This document shows, piece by piece, positions 10,565 through 20,024 of a stretch of 64,000 nucleotides of DNA. The stretch covers positions 1 to 64,000 of the IMG/VR virus record IMGVR_UViG_3300031972_002446; one strand, written 5' to 3'. The notes under the pieces are model-generated. The model did not search any database. It was given only the letters and a program-made list of their open reading frames with translations, and had not been told where the DNA came from. The first letter of the stretch is position 1. Each line of letters starts with the position of its first letter. The DNA is from a virus. A program made the translations under genes and the position numbers.

Positions 10565-10882
10565 TCATACATTCTTGAAAGGTTTATTTTTGATTTTATA
10601 TAAATATTTTTTAGAATCTTCTATTACATTAGTATTCCAGCTTTTATAGTTCATCAAGTGACCAAATATAAAATGGCAGTACTTATCACAAAGAGTAATT
10701 AAATTATCAGGATCCAACTCTTTTGATGGATCTAGATGTACTGGTATAATATGATGCACTTCTGGTCTTTTGCATGATCCACAAGCCTGACAACAAGGTT
10801 GCTTTTCTATATGCTCTTTGCGCAAGGCTGCCCAACCGGGAGACCGAACAGCATAACGAATTTTTTTATTAAAAGGCCACAT
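10565..10882 (-). CDS. HNH endonuclease
   Basis: CQACG...VHHIIP...NLITLC...CH. Confidence 0.85.
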   Translation of the reverse strand: MWPFNKKIRYAVRSPGWAALRKEHIEKQPCCQACGSCKRPEVHHIIPVHLDPSKELDPDNLITLCDKYCHFIFGHLMNYKSWNTNVIEDSKKYLYKIKNKPFKNV

Positions 10883-11886
10883 TAGTCTAAAATGGAAGCC
10901 GCTATAAGGCATCCTTTAGATACTGAGTGCAGAGGGTCTTCTGCATGCTTTACTTCTTCAATAGGTAAAGGAAACTCAGCTTCGAGTAATTTTTCATTCA
11001 GTTTTTCTATATAACCATCTGCTCTCGATGTTCCGCCAGCAACAACAATTCTAATCGGATCTTTAAATTTAGGAAGGGCTTTATGTCCAGATAAAGCAGC
11101 TGAAAGTTGTTTAGCTGTATACTCTATTAATCTTTCATAATAAGAAGCTACTGCTCCAAGTACTGCGTTTTCGTTAGGTTCACCAACCTTAAAACCACCT
11201 CCCTCTTTTTCTACTTGAACAACACTATCTGGCTCTCCGGTTGCTACAGCACTCATACGATCAACCCAATCTCCAGATTTTGTTGTACTGAATACTACAG
11301 TAGGTTCTCCATTAAGCATAACACATACATTTGTCATGCCAGCTCCGCAACTTATACCGATACCAGTATAATCACTAGACTCTAACTCTGCATAACATAA
11401 TGCTTCAGCTTCATTGATTGCTCTAGCATCATAACCAGTTTCTGCAAGTATAGCCGTGACTACATCTTCATGATATCCAACATCAAAGTCATCATCTTCT
11501 TGATCAACTGGTTGAGCAGGAACGCAGAATACTAATTTTTCGCCGGGTTCAGATGCTTGCCCGACTACTTCTTTTAATATATAAGCAAGAACTCTTTTCG
11601 CTTCTTTTTCTTTGACTGATACCACTCCACGATACATAGGTCTTCTAGCAGCTTCGTTTCTTTCCACTGCTTTTTCTATTGCGTCTTTACCTAGAATAAT
11701 AAATGAACCATCGGTATCTTTAACAAATACTTTACCAGCCAAACCTTTTTCAATCATTTTTGTAGCGATTGGTGTTGTTGGTTTAATTACATAAAAAGCA
11801 TCTCTAAAATCTTTAAATCTTATATTATCTCCTTCATAAGAAGATAAAACTATAAAACTTGTACCTACGTCTAAACCTTTACTCAT
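10882..11886 (-). CDS. Actin-fold ATPase (MreB/MamK/FtsA superfamily)
   Basis: GLDVGTS (phosphate 1), INEAEA (connect 1), SCGAGMTN (phosphate 2), VVAGGTS (adenosine), DPLHSVSKG (connect 2). Confidence 0.88.
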   Translation of the reverse strand: MSKGLDVGTSFIVLSSYEGDNIRFKDFRDAFYVIKPTTPIATKMIEKGLAGKVFVKDTDGSFIILGKDAIEKAVERNEAARRPMYRGVVSVKEKEAKRVLAYILKEVVGQASEPGEKLVFCVPAQPVDQEDDDFDVGYHEDVVTAILAETGYDARAINEAEALCYAELESSDYTGIGISCGAGMTNVCVMLNGEPTVVFSTTKSGDWVDRMSAVATGEPDSVVQVEKEGGGFKVGEPNENAVLGAVASYYERLIEYTAKQLSAALSGHKALPKFKDPIRIVVAGGTSRADGYIEKLNEKLLEAEFPLPIEEVKHAEDPLHSVSKGCLIAASILD

Positions 11887-11887
11887 A

Positions 11888-12190
11888 TCATTTACCCTTC
11901 ATGTTTTTCAGTTTATTAATGGCTGACTGAGTATTATCTTTCTTGCTTGTTGTGTTACCCAGTTTTTTACTGCTTTTACTCATACTATCTGTAGATACAC
12001 CTAAAACTATCTTTTTGTCGTTTATATCTATTTTTACAGACTTTTCTTGCTGTTTACTATTTTTATCAAAAAAACTTTTAGGTTTTTGAGAATGCTCTAT
12101 ATTATTCTTATTTAAGATATATTTTTCAAAGAATATACCAAATGTAAACATAAGAAATAATAGTATAAATACCATCATTTGTTCTATCAT
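11888..12190 (-). CDS. Small protein with N-terminal transmembrane helix and basic C-terminus
   Basis: MMVFILLFLMFTFGIFF; ends 1 nt before the actin start. Confidence 0.7.
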   Translation of the reverse strand: MIEQMMVFILLFLMFTFGIFFEKYILNKNNIEHSQKPKSFFDKNSKQQEKSVKIDINDKKIVLGVSTDSMSKSSKKLGNTTSKKDNTQSAINKLKNMKGK

Positions 12191-12231
12191 ATTATATCTC
12201 CTGTATATTTTTACAGTATATAATACACTAT

Positions 12232-13185
12232 TTAGATTTCTATAGATATAGTCATTTTATTTATGAACTTTTTTTTATAAAGTTTATCTATATCTATATT
12301 ATTAGATATTTCTTTCAATTTATCTTTTAGTATGTTTGTATGTTTTTTCTGTATACATATAGTATGTTCTCTTATTCTTTTCCTTTCATTTAAATTTGGA
12401 TAATTATCAAGCCATTGTTGCACACATGAAGAGACACTCTCGATAGAGTCTTCCGCTATAATACAATTAGTGTCTGTAAAAAATACATCACGACCTCCTG
12501 TGGATTTAGTAGATACTATAGGTAATCCACATAATAGATACTCCACACTACTATACATGGCTCCTTCTTGGCTAGACAAACATAATCCTACTTTTGATTT
12601 ATTAAGTAAATCATTAACCTCGAAAGCTGTTAAATGCTGAGAACATAAAGTAAAAGAATTATTTTGATTATCTATTAGTGCAGAATGACCTTCTTTACTA
12701 TATTTATCATTATATTTATTGCCTGAAGTTAAATATAAAATATTATTTAAACCATAAGAAAGATAATGTCTTTTTAATTTACATACTCTAGCTGTATAAA
12801 CAGAGTTCCAAATATTATTACACTCTTGAATATTAAAAATTTCCCTATCAATAGTAGCGTTATGATTGCATAATATAGCAGAGAAACTACTTATACTTTC
12901 ATTAGATACGATTTCAAGAGAGTTAGTGTCATTGCAACACATAACTATTCTTAACCCAGTACATTCTTTTAAAATTTTTTCCACCGAACGCTTTAAAGAT
13001 GACCACCTGTTAGAATTCATTGTATAATATTGCCATATGAATAAAGTATATGGTTCTTTTTTACTTTTGATATACTTAGTAATTCTATCTAATCCTTTTT
13101 TATTTTGAGGTCTAATATTATTGTTTCTCATAAATGTAGAAGGTACAAATAATGTATTGATTTCTGGTAATTCAAAAACTTTCAT
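12232..13185 (-). CDS. GT-B glycosyltransferase (GT4-like)
   Basis: SSQEGAMYSSVEYLLCGLPIVST (EX7E motif). Confidence 0.8.
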   Translation of the reverse strand: MKVFELPEINTLFVPSTFMRNNNIRPQNKKGLDRITKYIKSKKEPYTLFIWQYYTMNSNRWSSLKRSVEKILKECTGLRIVMCCNDTNSLEIVSNESISSFSAILCNHNATIDREIFNIQECNNIWNSVYTARVCKLKRHYLSYGLNNILYLTSGNKYNDKYSKEGHSALIDNQNNSFTLCSQHLTAFEVNDLLNKSKVGLCLSSQEGAMYSSVEYLLCGLPIVSTKSTGGRDVFFTDTNCIIAEDSIESVSSCVQQWLDNYPNLNERKRIREHTICIQKKHTNILKDKLKEISNNIDIDKLYKKKFINKMTISIEI

Positions 13186-13190
13186 TAAAT

Positions 13191-14015
13191 CTAACCCTTT
13201 AGTCGTAGTTCTTTGATCTTTTCAGAAAATCTTAAAATTTGCATCCGATAATAACCTGTACCAATATATTCGTGCCACACTTTTTTATATTCCGCATCTT
13301 TGTTTTTAATAGCATGCTCTTGTTTAATTGACTGAATCTTTCCACCGAAAAACTCGTAGTGTTTTCCTCCTTTATTTGTAACGCTTTTGTAAGACTTTAA
13401 TCCGTTTATCATTTTAGTTTTAAAATGTTTATAGCCCATAATATGAAAATGCATATAGCATAAATTTGTTGAAACCCAATTTTTATTTACTGTTATCTCA
13501 CCGTTATGGTTGCCTTGATCTGTTTTAACAAAATATTTTGCTGGAAATAATGTTTTACTATTTTCATACATAGGTTCATGTAAAAAGTTAGTTATCTCAA
13601 TCAATGGGTCTTTATATTTAATTTCATCTGCGTATGCTCTTAATTCATGAACTTTATATCTACATTTTTTTGGCAGTGATATTAATTCATTTATAATTTT
13701 ATTCTTATTCGGAAAACACTCACCTTCATTTGAAAGATAACATAAGAACTCATCACAGTCTATTGGTATTAATATATCTACTTCATTCTTGTAGTTTTTT
13801 AATACTCTAGATATTTCTTTTTTTTTATTCTGAAATTCACCATTAAAAGAGTTATAAGATACTTTAAATTTACTAAGTATGTCAAAGGTTTTTTGATCGG
13901 GTTTATGATTTATGACATGAATTGACTCGATTCCAAATATATGACTATGATATAGCAACCAATCATTCAATAATATATGCTCATTTTTTTGAAATAATAC
14001 TAATTTTACTTTCAT
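13191..14015 (-). CDS. GT-A glycosyltransferase (GT2_4/GT92-like)
   Basis: KNE..LL.DWL.YH..IFG, IDCDEF, QGNH. Confidence 0.8.
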   Translation of the reverse strand: MKVKLVLFQKNEHILLNDWLLYHSHIFGIESIHVINHKPDQKTFDILSKFKVSYNSFNGEFQNKKKEISRVLKNYKNEVDILIPIDCDEFLCYLSNEGECFPNKNKIINELISLPKKCRYKVHELRAYADEIKYKDPLIEITNFLHEPMYENSKTLFPAKYFVKTDQGNHNGEITVNKNWVSTNLCYMHFHIMGYKHFKTKMINGLKSYKSVTNKGGKHYEFFGGKIQSIKQEHAIKNKDAEYKKVWHEYIGTGYYRMQILRFSEKIKELRLKG

Positions 14016-14311
14016 TTGAAGTACTCGTGTGCATTAATATTTTTGTCATCTATAAATAGATCATACACTGGTTTACCAAAAAGTATTTGGGTGTATTTCA
14101 CTAACCACTTATCAAATTGTCTTTCTGTAATATCTCTCCAATCAATACCGCTTTTAGTTCCTCTAGCAGTCCAATAAATAATCGTATGTCCTTGATTATA
14201 AAGATCATTCATTTTGGCAATCCTCTCGTAAATTGGAGAGGCTTCAGAATAGTCTTGACTATCTGTAGGTAGTTTACAAATTGTATTATCTATATCTATA
14301 TATATAATCAT
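14012..14311 (-). CDS. Small HAD-like phosphatase
   Basis: DIDNTIC, WTARG, GKP.YDLFIDDK. Confidence 0.8.
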   Translation of the reverse strand: MIIYIDIDNTICKLPTDSQDYSEASPIYERIAKMNDLYNQGHTIIYWTARGTKSGIDWRDITERQFDKWLVKYTQILFGKPVYDLFIDDKNINAHEYFK

Positions 14312-15396
14312 CTCATTGTCTTTTTTAAAAAATGTATAGTCTTATTATCTTGTAAAAAAGTGCCGTTATATTCCGTGTTGTTTATTTTACTAAAAACAGT
14401 AGTCTTCTCTTTATCTTTATTAAAAAATACTATTTTGCCATCATCTTCTAGACTCCAATATTTTTCATTGTCGCACCAATAACCTTTTATGCTACCATCA
14501 TTATCCAAAGTTATTGCTGCATATACTAAGTTGGCTTGTCCATCTTTTCTACCAAATAGCCATTCTGCTGGTTTAAGACTATCTATATCTTTAAAGTTAG
14601 TATTAAATACTACAGATCTATTTTCTTGCATTTTATCAATAAAATCTTGGTATCCTTCCCAATCTTTTAAAACATAATGAATATGAGTCAGTTTACCTGT
14701 TGGTGTTACAGCAGAGTAATCCTCAACATGCGCCCATGCACTCATAAATAAAGATTCTACGACAGGTACTTTACATATTTTGGCAACTACAGCGGGAGTA
14801 TTATCTCCGTATCCCGGTAAATATTTATCGGTTAATTCTAAATATCTAGGCAGTATCGGATGATTCTTAATTTTCACTGCTCCACCGCAGGAAAAAACAG
14901 AACCCTCCCAACTATGAATAAAGTATGGAGTATCTTTATAATTATTGATATCCATATTTCCAAAAAATATATTTTTAATCTCCATTTCTCTAAGTATAAG
15001 TTGTTGATGATAGTCCATATCTGGGGTTCTAGAACATAAGAACATAATAGGATCAACATAATCATAAAAATCATTTAAAAGTTCATAACTTCTGTCTATG
15101 TCTGTACTAGAGTCATCATCTACTTGCATTATCCACTCATAGTCCACTTTACTTTGTTCTATATACTTTATAAACCTAGTAGATAATTTTTCTTTTACAT
15201 CAACCCATTCAAAAAGCGGATTGTTTGATATGAAATCAGGAGCCTCTTCATTTTCAGCTAAAAATACAATTTTAATATTTATAGTATCTTTATTAGTAAA
15301 TTTAAAACCATACTTATAAATAAAATCTTTTAATCTTTCAACATATTTTTGTTTTTTAGCAGAGGCTAGTACCGCTAGTTTAAACTGATATTTCAT
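14308..15396 (-). CDS. Putative glycosyltransferase with C-terminal beta domain
   Basis: WIMQVDDDS DxD motif (GT31/fringe-like); C-terminal NEKYWSL domain. Confidence 0.5.
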   Translation of the reverse strand: MKYQFKLAVLASAKKQKYVERLKDFIYKYGFKFTNKDTINIKIVFLAENEEAPDFISNNPLFEWVDVKEKLSTRFIKYIEQSKVDYEWIMQVDDDSSTDIDRSYELLNDFYDYVDPIMFLCSRTPDMDYHQQLILREMEIKNIFFGNMDINNYKDTPYFIHSWEGSVFSCGGAVKIKNHPILPRYLELTDKYLPGYGDNTPAVVAKICKVPVVESLFMSAWAHVEDYSAVTPTGKLTHIHYVLKDWEGYQDFIDKMQENRSVVFNTNFKDIDSLKPAEWLFGRKDGQANLVYAAITLDNDGSIKGYWCDNEKYWSLEDDGKIVFFNKDKEKTTVFSKINNTEYNGTFLQDNKTIHFLKKTMR

Positions 15397-15961
15397 TAAT
15401 TTTTATATGACTATATTTTTCATCATAGGTTAAAAAAGAAGCAATAGTATATCTAACACCAGAAGTTATTTTTGTTACTCCATGTAAATATTTTAAAGTT
15501 CCCGGAAAGTATATAGAATATCCAGGCTTAGGTTCAATTTTTAAATTATGATCGGGGAAAAATAAAGTACCACCTTCAAAGTCGTCATTCAAAAAAGTAA
15601 CTAACGCAAAATCTCTCCAAGGGAAATTATGTTTTGGACTACCGGGAGGATTTTCTGCATCGGCATGTGGTTGTAATTCGTAACCCACAGGCCATCGAGC
15701 AATAGATAAATGCTCACAATATATTGGTTTTTCAATATTCATAGACTCTTTCATATGAGCAACGCCTTTAGACAATACATCTATGATTATATTTCTTACT
15801 CTACCATCTTCTATAGAGTCATGAAACAATGTCCTACCTTGCCAATAGTTGTTTTGGCTGACTTCTCCCCACTTATCGGTATGAGTATCTAAATAATTTC
15901 GCACGGTCTGTAGTTCATCTTGACTATCAATATTTTTAAATGTATTGGGGAATTTATCCAT
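15380..15961 (-). CDS. 2OG-Fe(II) oxygenase, prolyl 4-hydroxylase-like
   Basis: HAD (HxD), FLNDDFEGGTL, HGV..ITSGVRY. Confidence 0.9.
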   Translation of the reverse strand: MDKFPNTFKNIDSQDELQTVRNYLDTHTDKWGEVSQNNYWQGRTLFHDSIEDGRVRNIIIDVLSKGVAHMKESMNIEKPIYCEHLSIARWPVGYELQPHADAENPPGSPKHNFPWRDFALVTFLNDDFEGGTLFFPDHNLKIEPKPGYSIYFPGTLKYLHGVTKITSGVRYTIASFLTYDEKYSHIKINEISV

Positions 15962-15971
15962 GTGCTTCCTT

Positions 15972-16742
15972 TTAATCTAATGAAATTTGGTGATCTTGAA
16001 ATTTATTTCCATATACATCTTCGCCGTTAAAATACCTTCTACCATTTCTATGTCTTTTTTGTTGATCTGCACCTGCTCTTTCCAGACCATGTTGTTTAGC
16101 GCATTCTCTCTCTTTTGTTATATCGTCTTCAGATAAAATGTCAATCACATTGGTGAGAGTAAAGTTATCTATGAAATGTCTTGGGTAAGGAATAAAACAA
16201 CCTAAAATATCTCCTTTTTTAATCTTTATATTATAATTTGGTCTTGTTATCCTTAGATTAAAAGTAAAATCACGCCTTAAATTATCAGATTCAATAACTC
16301 CTGTCATATGATAAATACCGTCTATATAATGATTAGGCGGATTTATTGTCATTAAATTAATACCATCTGGAGTACGTAGAGAAAATGTTGTTTGTATTGT
16401 TATTGTACCCATACCGAAATGACTTTTTATAGACTGCAAAGCATTCAACTCGGCATGTTCTGTATCATTATGATGAGTAACCTTAACATCATTCGGACTG
16501 TTTCCCCCATTCCAGTTAACTGTAATATCGTAAAGACTTTTCATAATGAAACCATGCTGATTACCCATAACTAAAGGTAAACAAAAGTAAGCATGTTGAA
16601 CAAACCAATCTCTTTTTATTTGTCCTTTTAGGCTACTAAAAAGCATATTAACATACTCTTGCTTTTGCCATTTATCATCGTGTGCTATTAGACATATATT
16701 ATCTTTTGGTATTAAATCACTCATGTAAATAACAACCCCCAA
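15972..16742 (-). CDS. DUF6065-like protein
   Basis: RDWF...AYFCLPL.MGNQHG, SHFG.G, GVIESD. Confidence 0.7.
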   Translation of the reverse strand: MGVVIYMSDLIPKDNICLIAHDDKWQKQEYVNMLFSSLKGQIKRDWFVQHAYFCLPLVMGNQHGFIMKSLYDITVNWNGGNSPNDVKVTHHNDTEHAELNALQSIKSHFGMGTITIQTTFSLRTPDGINLMTINPPNHYIDGIYHMTGVIESDNLRRDFTFNLRITRPNYNIKIKKGDILGCFIPYPRHFIDNFTLTNVIDILSEDDITKERECAKQHGLERAGADQQKRHRNGRRYFNGEDVYGNKFQDHQISLD

Positions 16743-17761
16743 CTATCAGACACTTTATTAGTAATTTTTACATCTTCTTTTGTCTTATCAATTTCTTCAT
16801 CTTCTTTTGTCTTATCAATTTCTTCAAATTCTTTTTTAAAGAAATAAGAATATTCAATTCTCATTTGATTTGTTTGCATCTCGTAGGGAACCCAAAAAAT
16901 AGATTTACCAGAAGAATAATGTATAACATATATTTTTTCTTGTATGTCAGAGATATACGATCCAGTATCTTTAAGATTAATTGTATATCGAGGCCACTCC
17001 TCTGTATTAATATCCTTTCCATTAATTCTATATATCACTGGGTCTGCTGGATGGGTTATCTCTTCATAATTCAGTTCCTCATATTTTAATCCCATGTCCA
17101 TTAAAGTAAACTGACCACAATACTGTTCATTAAAATACTCATAACCCTCAAGCATTGTTTCGTCAATTTTTTTTGCTTCTAAAAGTTTACGACCTTTCTT
17201 CGAGAGATACATACGCTTTTTGACTATATTATTATACAGACTTTTTTTATTTCTAATAGATTTTGAGTCAATTATAAATTGCCCACTGTTCATATTTTTA
17301 ATATCAGGATATAATATATCATTAACAGGATCAATACATGATAAAGTCCATAACTTACCGTTTTCATATTTATTAAAAAAATCAGATGGATTTCTTACAA
17401 ACATAGAGTCGCAATCTAGGAAGAAAATTTTATCATAACCCATCTGCAACGCTTTTTGTAAATGATACCATTTAGACATATATGAGTCATGCTTGTAAGG
17501 TCTTTTGCGAACGACCTTATACTTATTAGTGTAGTCTGTTTTCACACACTTAACAAAATCAAAATCTGTAGATATATTATATTTATCATTTAATTTAAAA
17601 TGATTTATATCAATATTATCATAAAGATAATAAAAAACTAAAACATCGAAAGAATTATCATAAACTTCTGATAAAGTCTTTAAAGAATAGTATGCCATAG
17701 AATAATATTTCATATCCCATTCATTATCTATAAACATTGAATAATATAAGCAGTTTTTCAT
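16721..17761 (-). CDS. GT8-like glycosyltransferase
   Basis: KIFFLDCD, MNSGQF, NEQ, VIHY. Confidence 0.65.
   Translation of the reverse strand: MKNCLYYSMFIDNEWDMKYYSMAYYSLKTLSEVYDNSFDVLVFYYLYDNIDINHFKLNDKYNISTDFDFVKCVKTDYTNKYKVVRKRPYKHDSYMSKWYHLQKALQMGYDKIFFLDCDSMFVRNPSDFFNKYENGKLWTLSCIDPVNDILYPDIKNMNSGQFIIDSKSIRNKKSLYNNIVKKRMYLSKKGRKLLEAKKIDETMLEGYEYFNEQYCGQFTLMDMGLKYEELNYEEITHPADPVIYRINGKDINTEEWPRYTINLKDTGSYISDIQEKIYVIHYSSGKSIFWVPYEMQTNQMRIEYSYFFKKEFEEIDKTKEDEEIDKTKEDVKITNKVSDSWGLLFT
16771..16826. repeat. Perfect 27-nt tandem duplication (EEIDKTKED x2)
   Basis: catcttcttttgtcttatcaatttctt repeated twice. Confidence 0.95.
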
Positions 17762-18663
17762 ACTGGGGCTTTTCTAGATATAATTCTACCTTTTTGTGTT
17801 CTGTGTATATATCCCATTCTTATCATATAAGGCTCTATACTATTCTCTATAGTCTCTTGTGCTATACCTGTCATGCTAGAAATACTTTTTATACCTAAAG
17901 GAATTGTTCTATTTTTCTTTAATATCTTAATATATGTAATATCATTTTCATCGAAACCATTGCAATCTATACCTTGGCTAGAAAACACTTCATCAATATC
18001 ATTTTTTTCTGGATAGTATTCTGTATAACTTTTATACCACTGTAGTCTTGCATTTAATATTCTAGGAGTACCTTTGCTTCTTTTTGCTATTTCAAAAGCC
18101 TGCTCTTTGCTTAAAGATATACCTGTTCTATCAGCATTCGACCTTGCTAGTTCTGCTAAGACATCTAGACTATAAAAAGAAAGATGCTCTTTAATTGTGA
18201 AGCGATCATAAAAAGGCTGACTTAAACTACCCCCACTAGTAGTTGCCCCAATTAAAGTAAACACTGGAACATCAATAGAGTCTGGTTTATTTTCTACAAG
18301 CATATCTATACGAAAATCTTCCATCACAGGATACAAAAATTCTTCTACTAACTTAGGTAATCTGTGTATCTCGTCTATAAATAATACAGATTTAGTTGTC
18401 ATACCTATAAGATAGGGTATGATATTCTTAGGGCTACGAATCATAGCAGCGTTTACTGTATAAATACTGACACCCATTTCGTTAGCAATAGCATTAGATA
18501 AGGTCGTCTTACCGAGGCCGGGAGGCCCGTCTATTAATATGTGTGGCATAACGCCATCATTTTTTTTACTACCAGCACAGAGGATTCTCAGGCGAGATAC
18601 CACATCATCCTGACCTATAACGTCTTTAAAAGAACAAGGTCTATACGCATTGCCCATCTGCAT
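17758..18663 (-). CDS. ruvB: Holliday junction branch migration helicase RuvB
   Basis: RP..F.DVIGQ, GPPGLGKTT, LFIDEIHRL, LYPVMEDF, FTLIGATT, GTPR, IEPY. Confidence 0.95.
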   Translation of the reverse strand: MQMGNAYRPCSFKDVIGQDDVVSRLRILCAGSKKNDGVMPHILIDGPPGLGKTTLSNAIANEMGVSIYTVNAAMIRSPKNIIPYLIGMTTKSVLFIDEIHRLPKLVEEFLYPVMEDFRIDMLVENKPDSIDVPVFTLIGATTSGGSLSQPFYDRFTIKEHLSFYSLDVLAELARSNADRTGISLSKEQAFEIAKRSKGTPRILNARLQWYKSYTEYYPEKNDIDEVFSSQGIDCNGFDENDITYIKILKKNRTIPLGIKSISSMTGIAQETIENSIEPYMIRMGYIHRTQKGRIISRKAPV

Positions 18664-19117
18664 TTACTCCAATCTTTTGTATTGCTAATTTTACCAATAT
18701 TTTAACATCCTGATGTTTAGTTTCATCAAAAATTTCTTTAATCATTTCTGATGCTTCTTTTTTCTCGAAACCGTATTGTTCTAAAATAGCCGTACATTGT
18801 TTGAGAACTTTCTTATCAATCTTTATTTTCTTAGGTTCTGTAGAAGTTTGAGGTCTTTGCTCCTGATTGCTTGCAGAATCATTTTCCTCATTTTCTTTTG
18901 AGAAAAAGTCAATTTTACCTTCTTTATATATAATCTCAATATTTTTAATAGGTTTTGGAACAATGATAGATTTACAATCACATACTATCTTGTAGTTTTT
19001 TGTTGAAGCCTCAACAGAACTAAGCCAATGATTAAAACCACAGTTAGGACATATATACTCATAGTAAATATCGTGGCTACTAGGTTTTGCTTTAAGTATT
19101 TTCTTGATCTTTTTCAT
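18641..19117 (-). CDS. Zn-ribbon protein with C-terminal RuvA domain III-like helix bundle
   Basis: CPNC...CDC N-terminus; C-terminal AILEQYGFEKKEASEMI...LVKLAI resembles RuvA_C; overlaps ruvB start. Confidence 0.65.
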   Translation of the reverse strand: MKKIKKILKAKPSSHDIYYEYICPNCGFNHWLSSVEASTKNYKIVCDCKSIIVPKPIKNIEIIYKEGKIDFFSKENEENDSASNQEQRPQTSTEPKKIKIDKKVLKQCTAILEQYGFEKKEASEMIKEIFDETKHQDVKILVKLAIQKIGVNADGQCV

Positions 19118-19514
19118 TTTTATTTACCCAAAATATAAAGTCATTACGTTCTGCATCAAAAGCAGTTTCCAATAATCCTTTTCCAACCATACGCTGAACA
19201 ATATTTGATACAAACCTAGAATTTATTGCTTCCAAGATGTTTTCGTAATCCTCATCCCGTATGAATAATCTGATCTGTTTTGTTTTTTTATGTCTTTTTC
19301 TTATGATAAATTCATTAAAAATTATTTTAATTTCTTTGTGAGGTAAAATATCATTCATCTCTGCTAGTTCTATGTTATTGAACTTTGATAGGTTTTGAAA
19401 AAAGGTTTGATCTTCTTGATCTCTTTTATTAGGATCAAAATTGGAATAGATGAGTCGCCTGCTAAAGTCTATCAATTTATCTAAATTCTCTATTTCTAAC
19501 CAGTCTTGATCCAT
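19092..19514 (-). CDS. Hypothetical protein
   Basis: ORF with RBS, coupled to downstream gene. Confidence 0.6.
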   Translation of the reverse strand: MDQDWLEIENLDKLIDFSRRLIYSNFDPNKRDQEDQTFFQNLSKFNNIELAEMNDILPHKEIKIIFNEFIIRKRHKKTKQIRLFIRDEDYENILEAINSRFVSNIVQRMVGKGLLETAFDAERNDFIFWVNKNEKDQENT

Positions 19515-19525
19515 AATATCTACCT

Positions 19526-19924
19526 TTAATTTAAATTATCGTACAGACCTTTATAGTACTCTGGCTGTTGAACAAAATAAGATGCGTGTGATTGAATATG
19601 TTTTTTATATTGCTGATCTATCTTATCATTGATAAAATATTTAATTTTCCAAATTGCTTCATCATAATTATTATTACCTAGATATACAAAGCATTTATCG
19701 CTTAAAGAACCTTTGTTTTGCAGGTTATTACCAACTAACCATACATCGTCTTTCTCTTTTATTATATCCGACATAGCATCTTTAAGCCATTCTTCCCAAG
19801 CGGCCCAATCTATTTGAAATTCTTTGGGATATCCATGTTCATTATATTCATTAAATTGCCCGCCATCAGGATAATATTTGTATTCATCATCATCATAATC
19901 TTCATGTTCTGGTTCGTGATGCAT
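19526..19924 (-). CDS. Hypothetical acidic protein
   Basis: ORF track. Confidence 0.55.
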   Translation of the reverse strand: MHHEPEHEDYDDDEYKYYPDGGQFNEYNEHGYPKEFQIDWAAWEEWLKDAMSDIIKEKDDVWLVGNNLQNKGSLSDKCFVYLGNNNYDEAIWKIKYFINDKIDQQYKKHIQSHASYFVQQPEYYKGLYDNLN

Positions 19925-20024
19925 AATTTGCCTTTTACTTTAAAAAAGAATTATTTATTATGATGGATATCTTACTATACCCCGTAGTTTTATGAATGAA
20001 ACTTAAATTCATATCATAATATAA

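Noticed and set aside
10565-10882. HNH as part of an intron or intein
   Set aside because: Flanking genes are intact and tightly abutting, leaving no room for intron structure
16771-16826. 27-nt tandem repeat as a functional array
   Set aside because: Only two copies, in frame in a disordered C-terminal tail; simple slippage duplication
19957-20020. Hammerhead ribozyme
   Set aside because: Three-stem layout but no CUGANGA core on either strand
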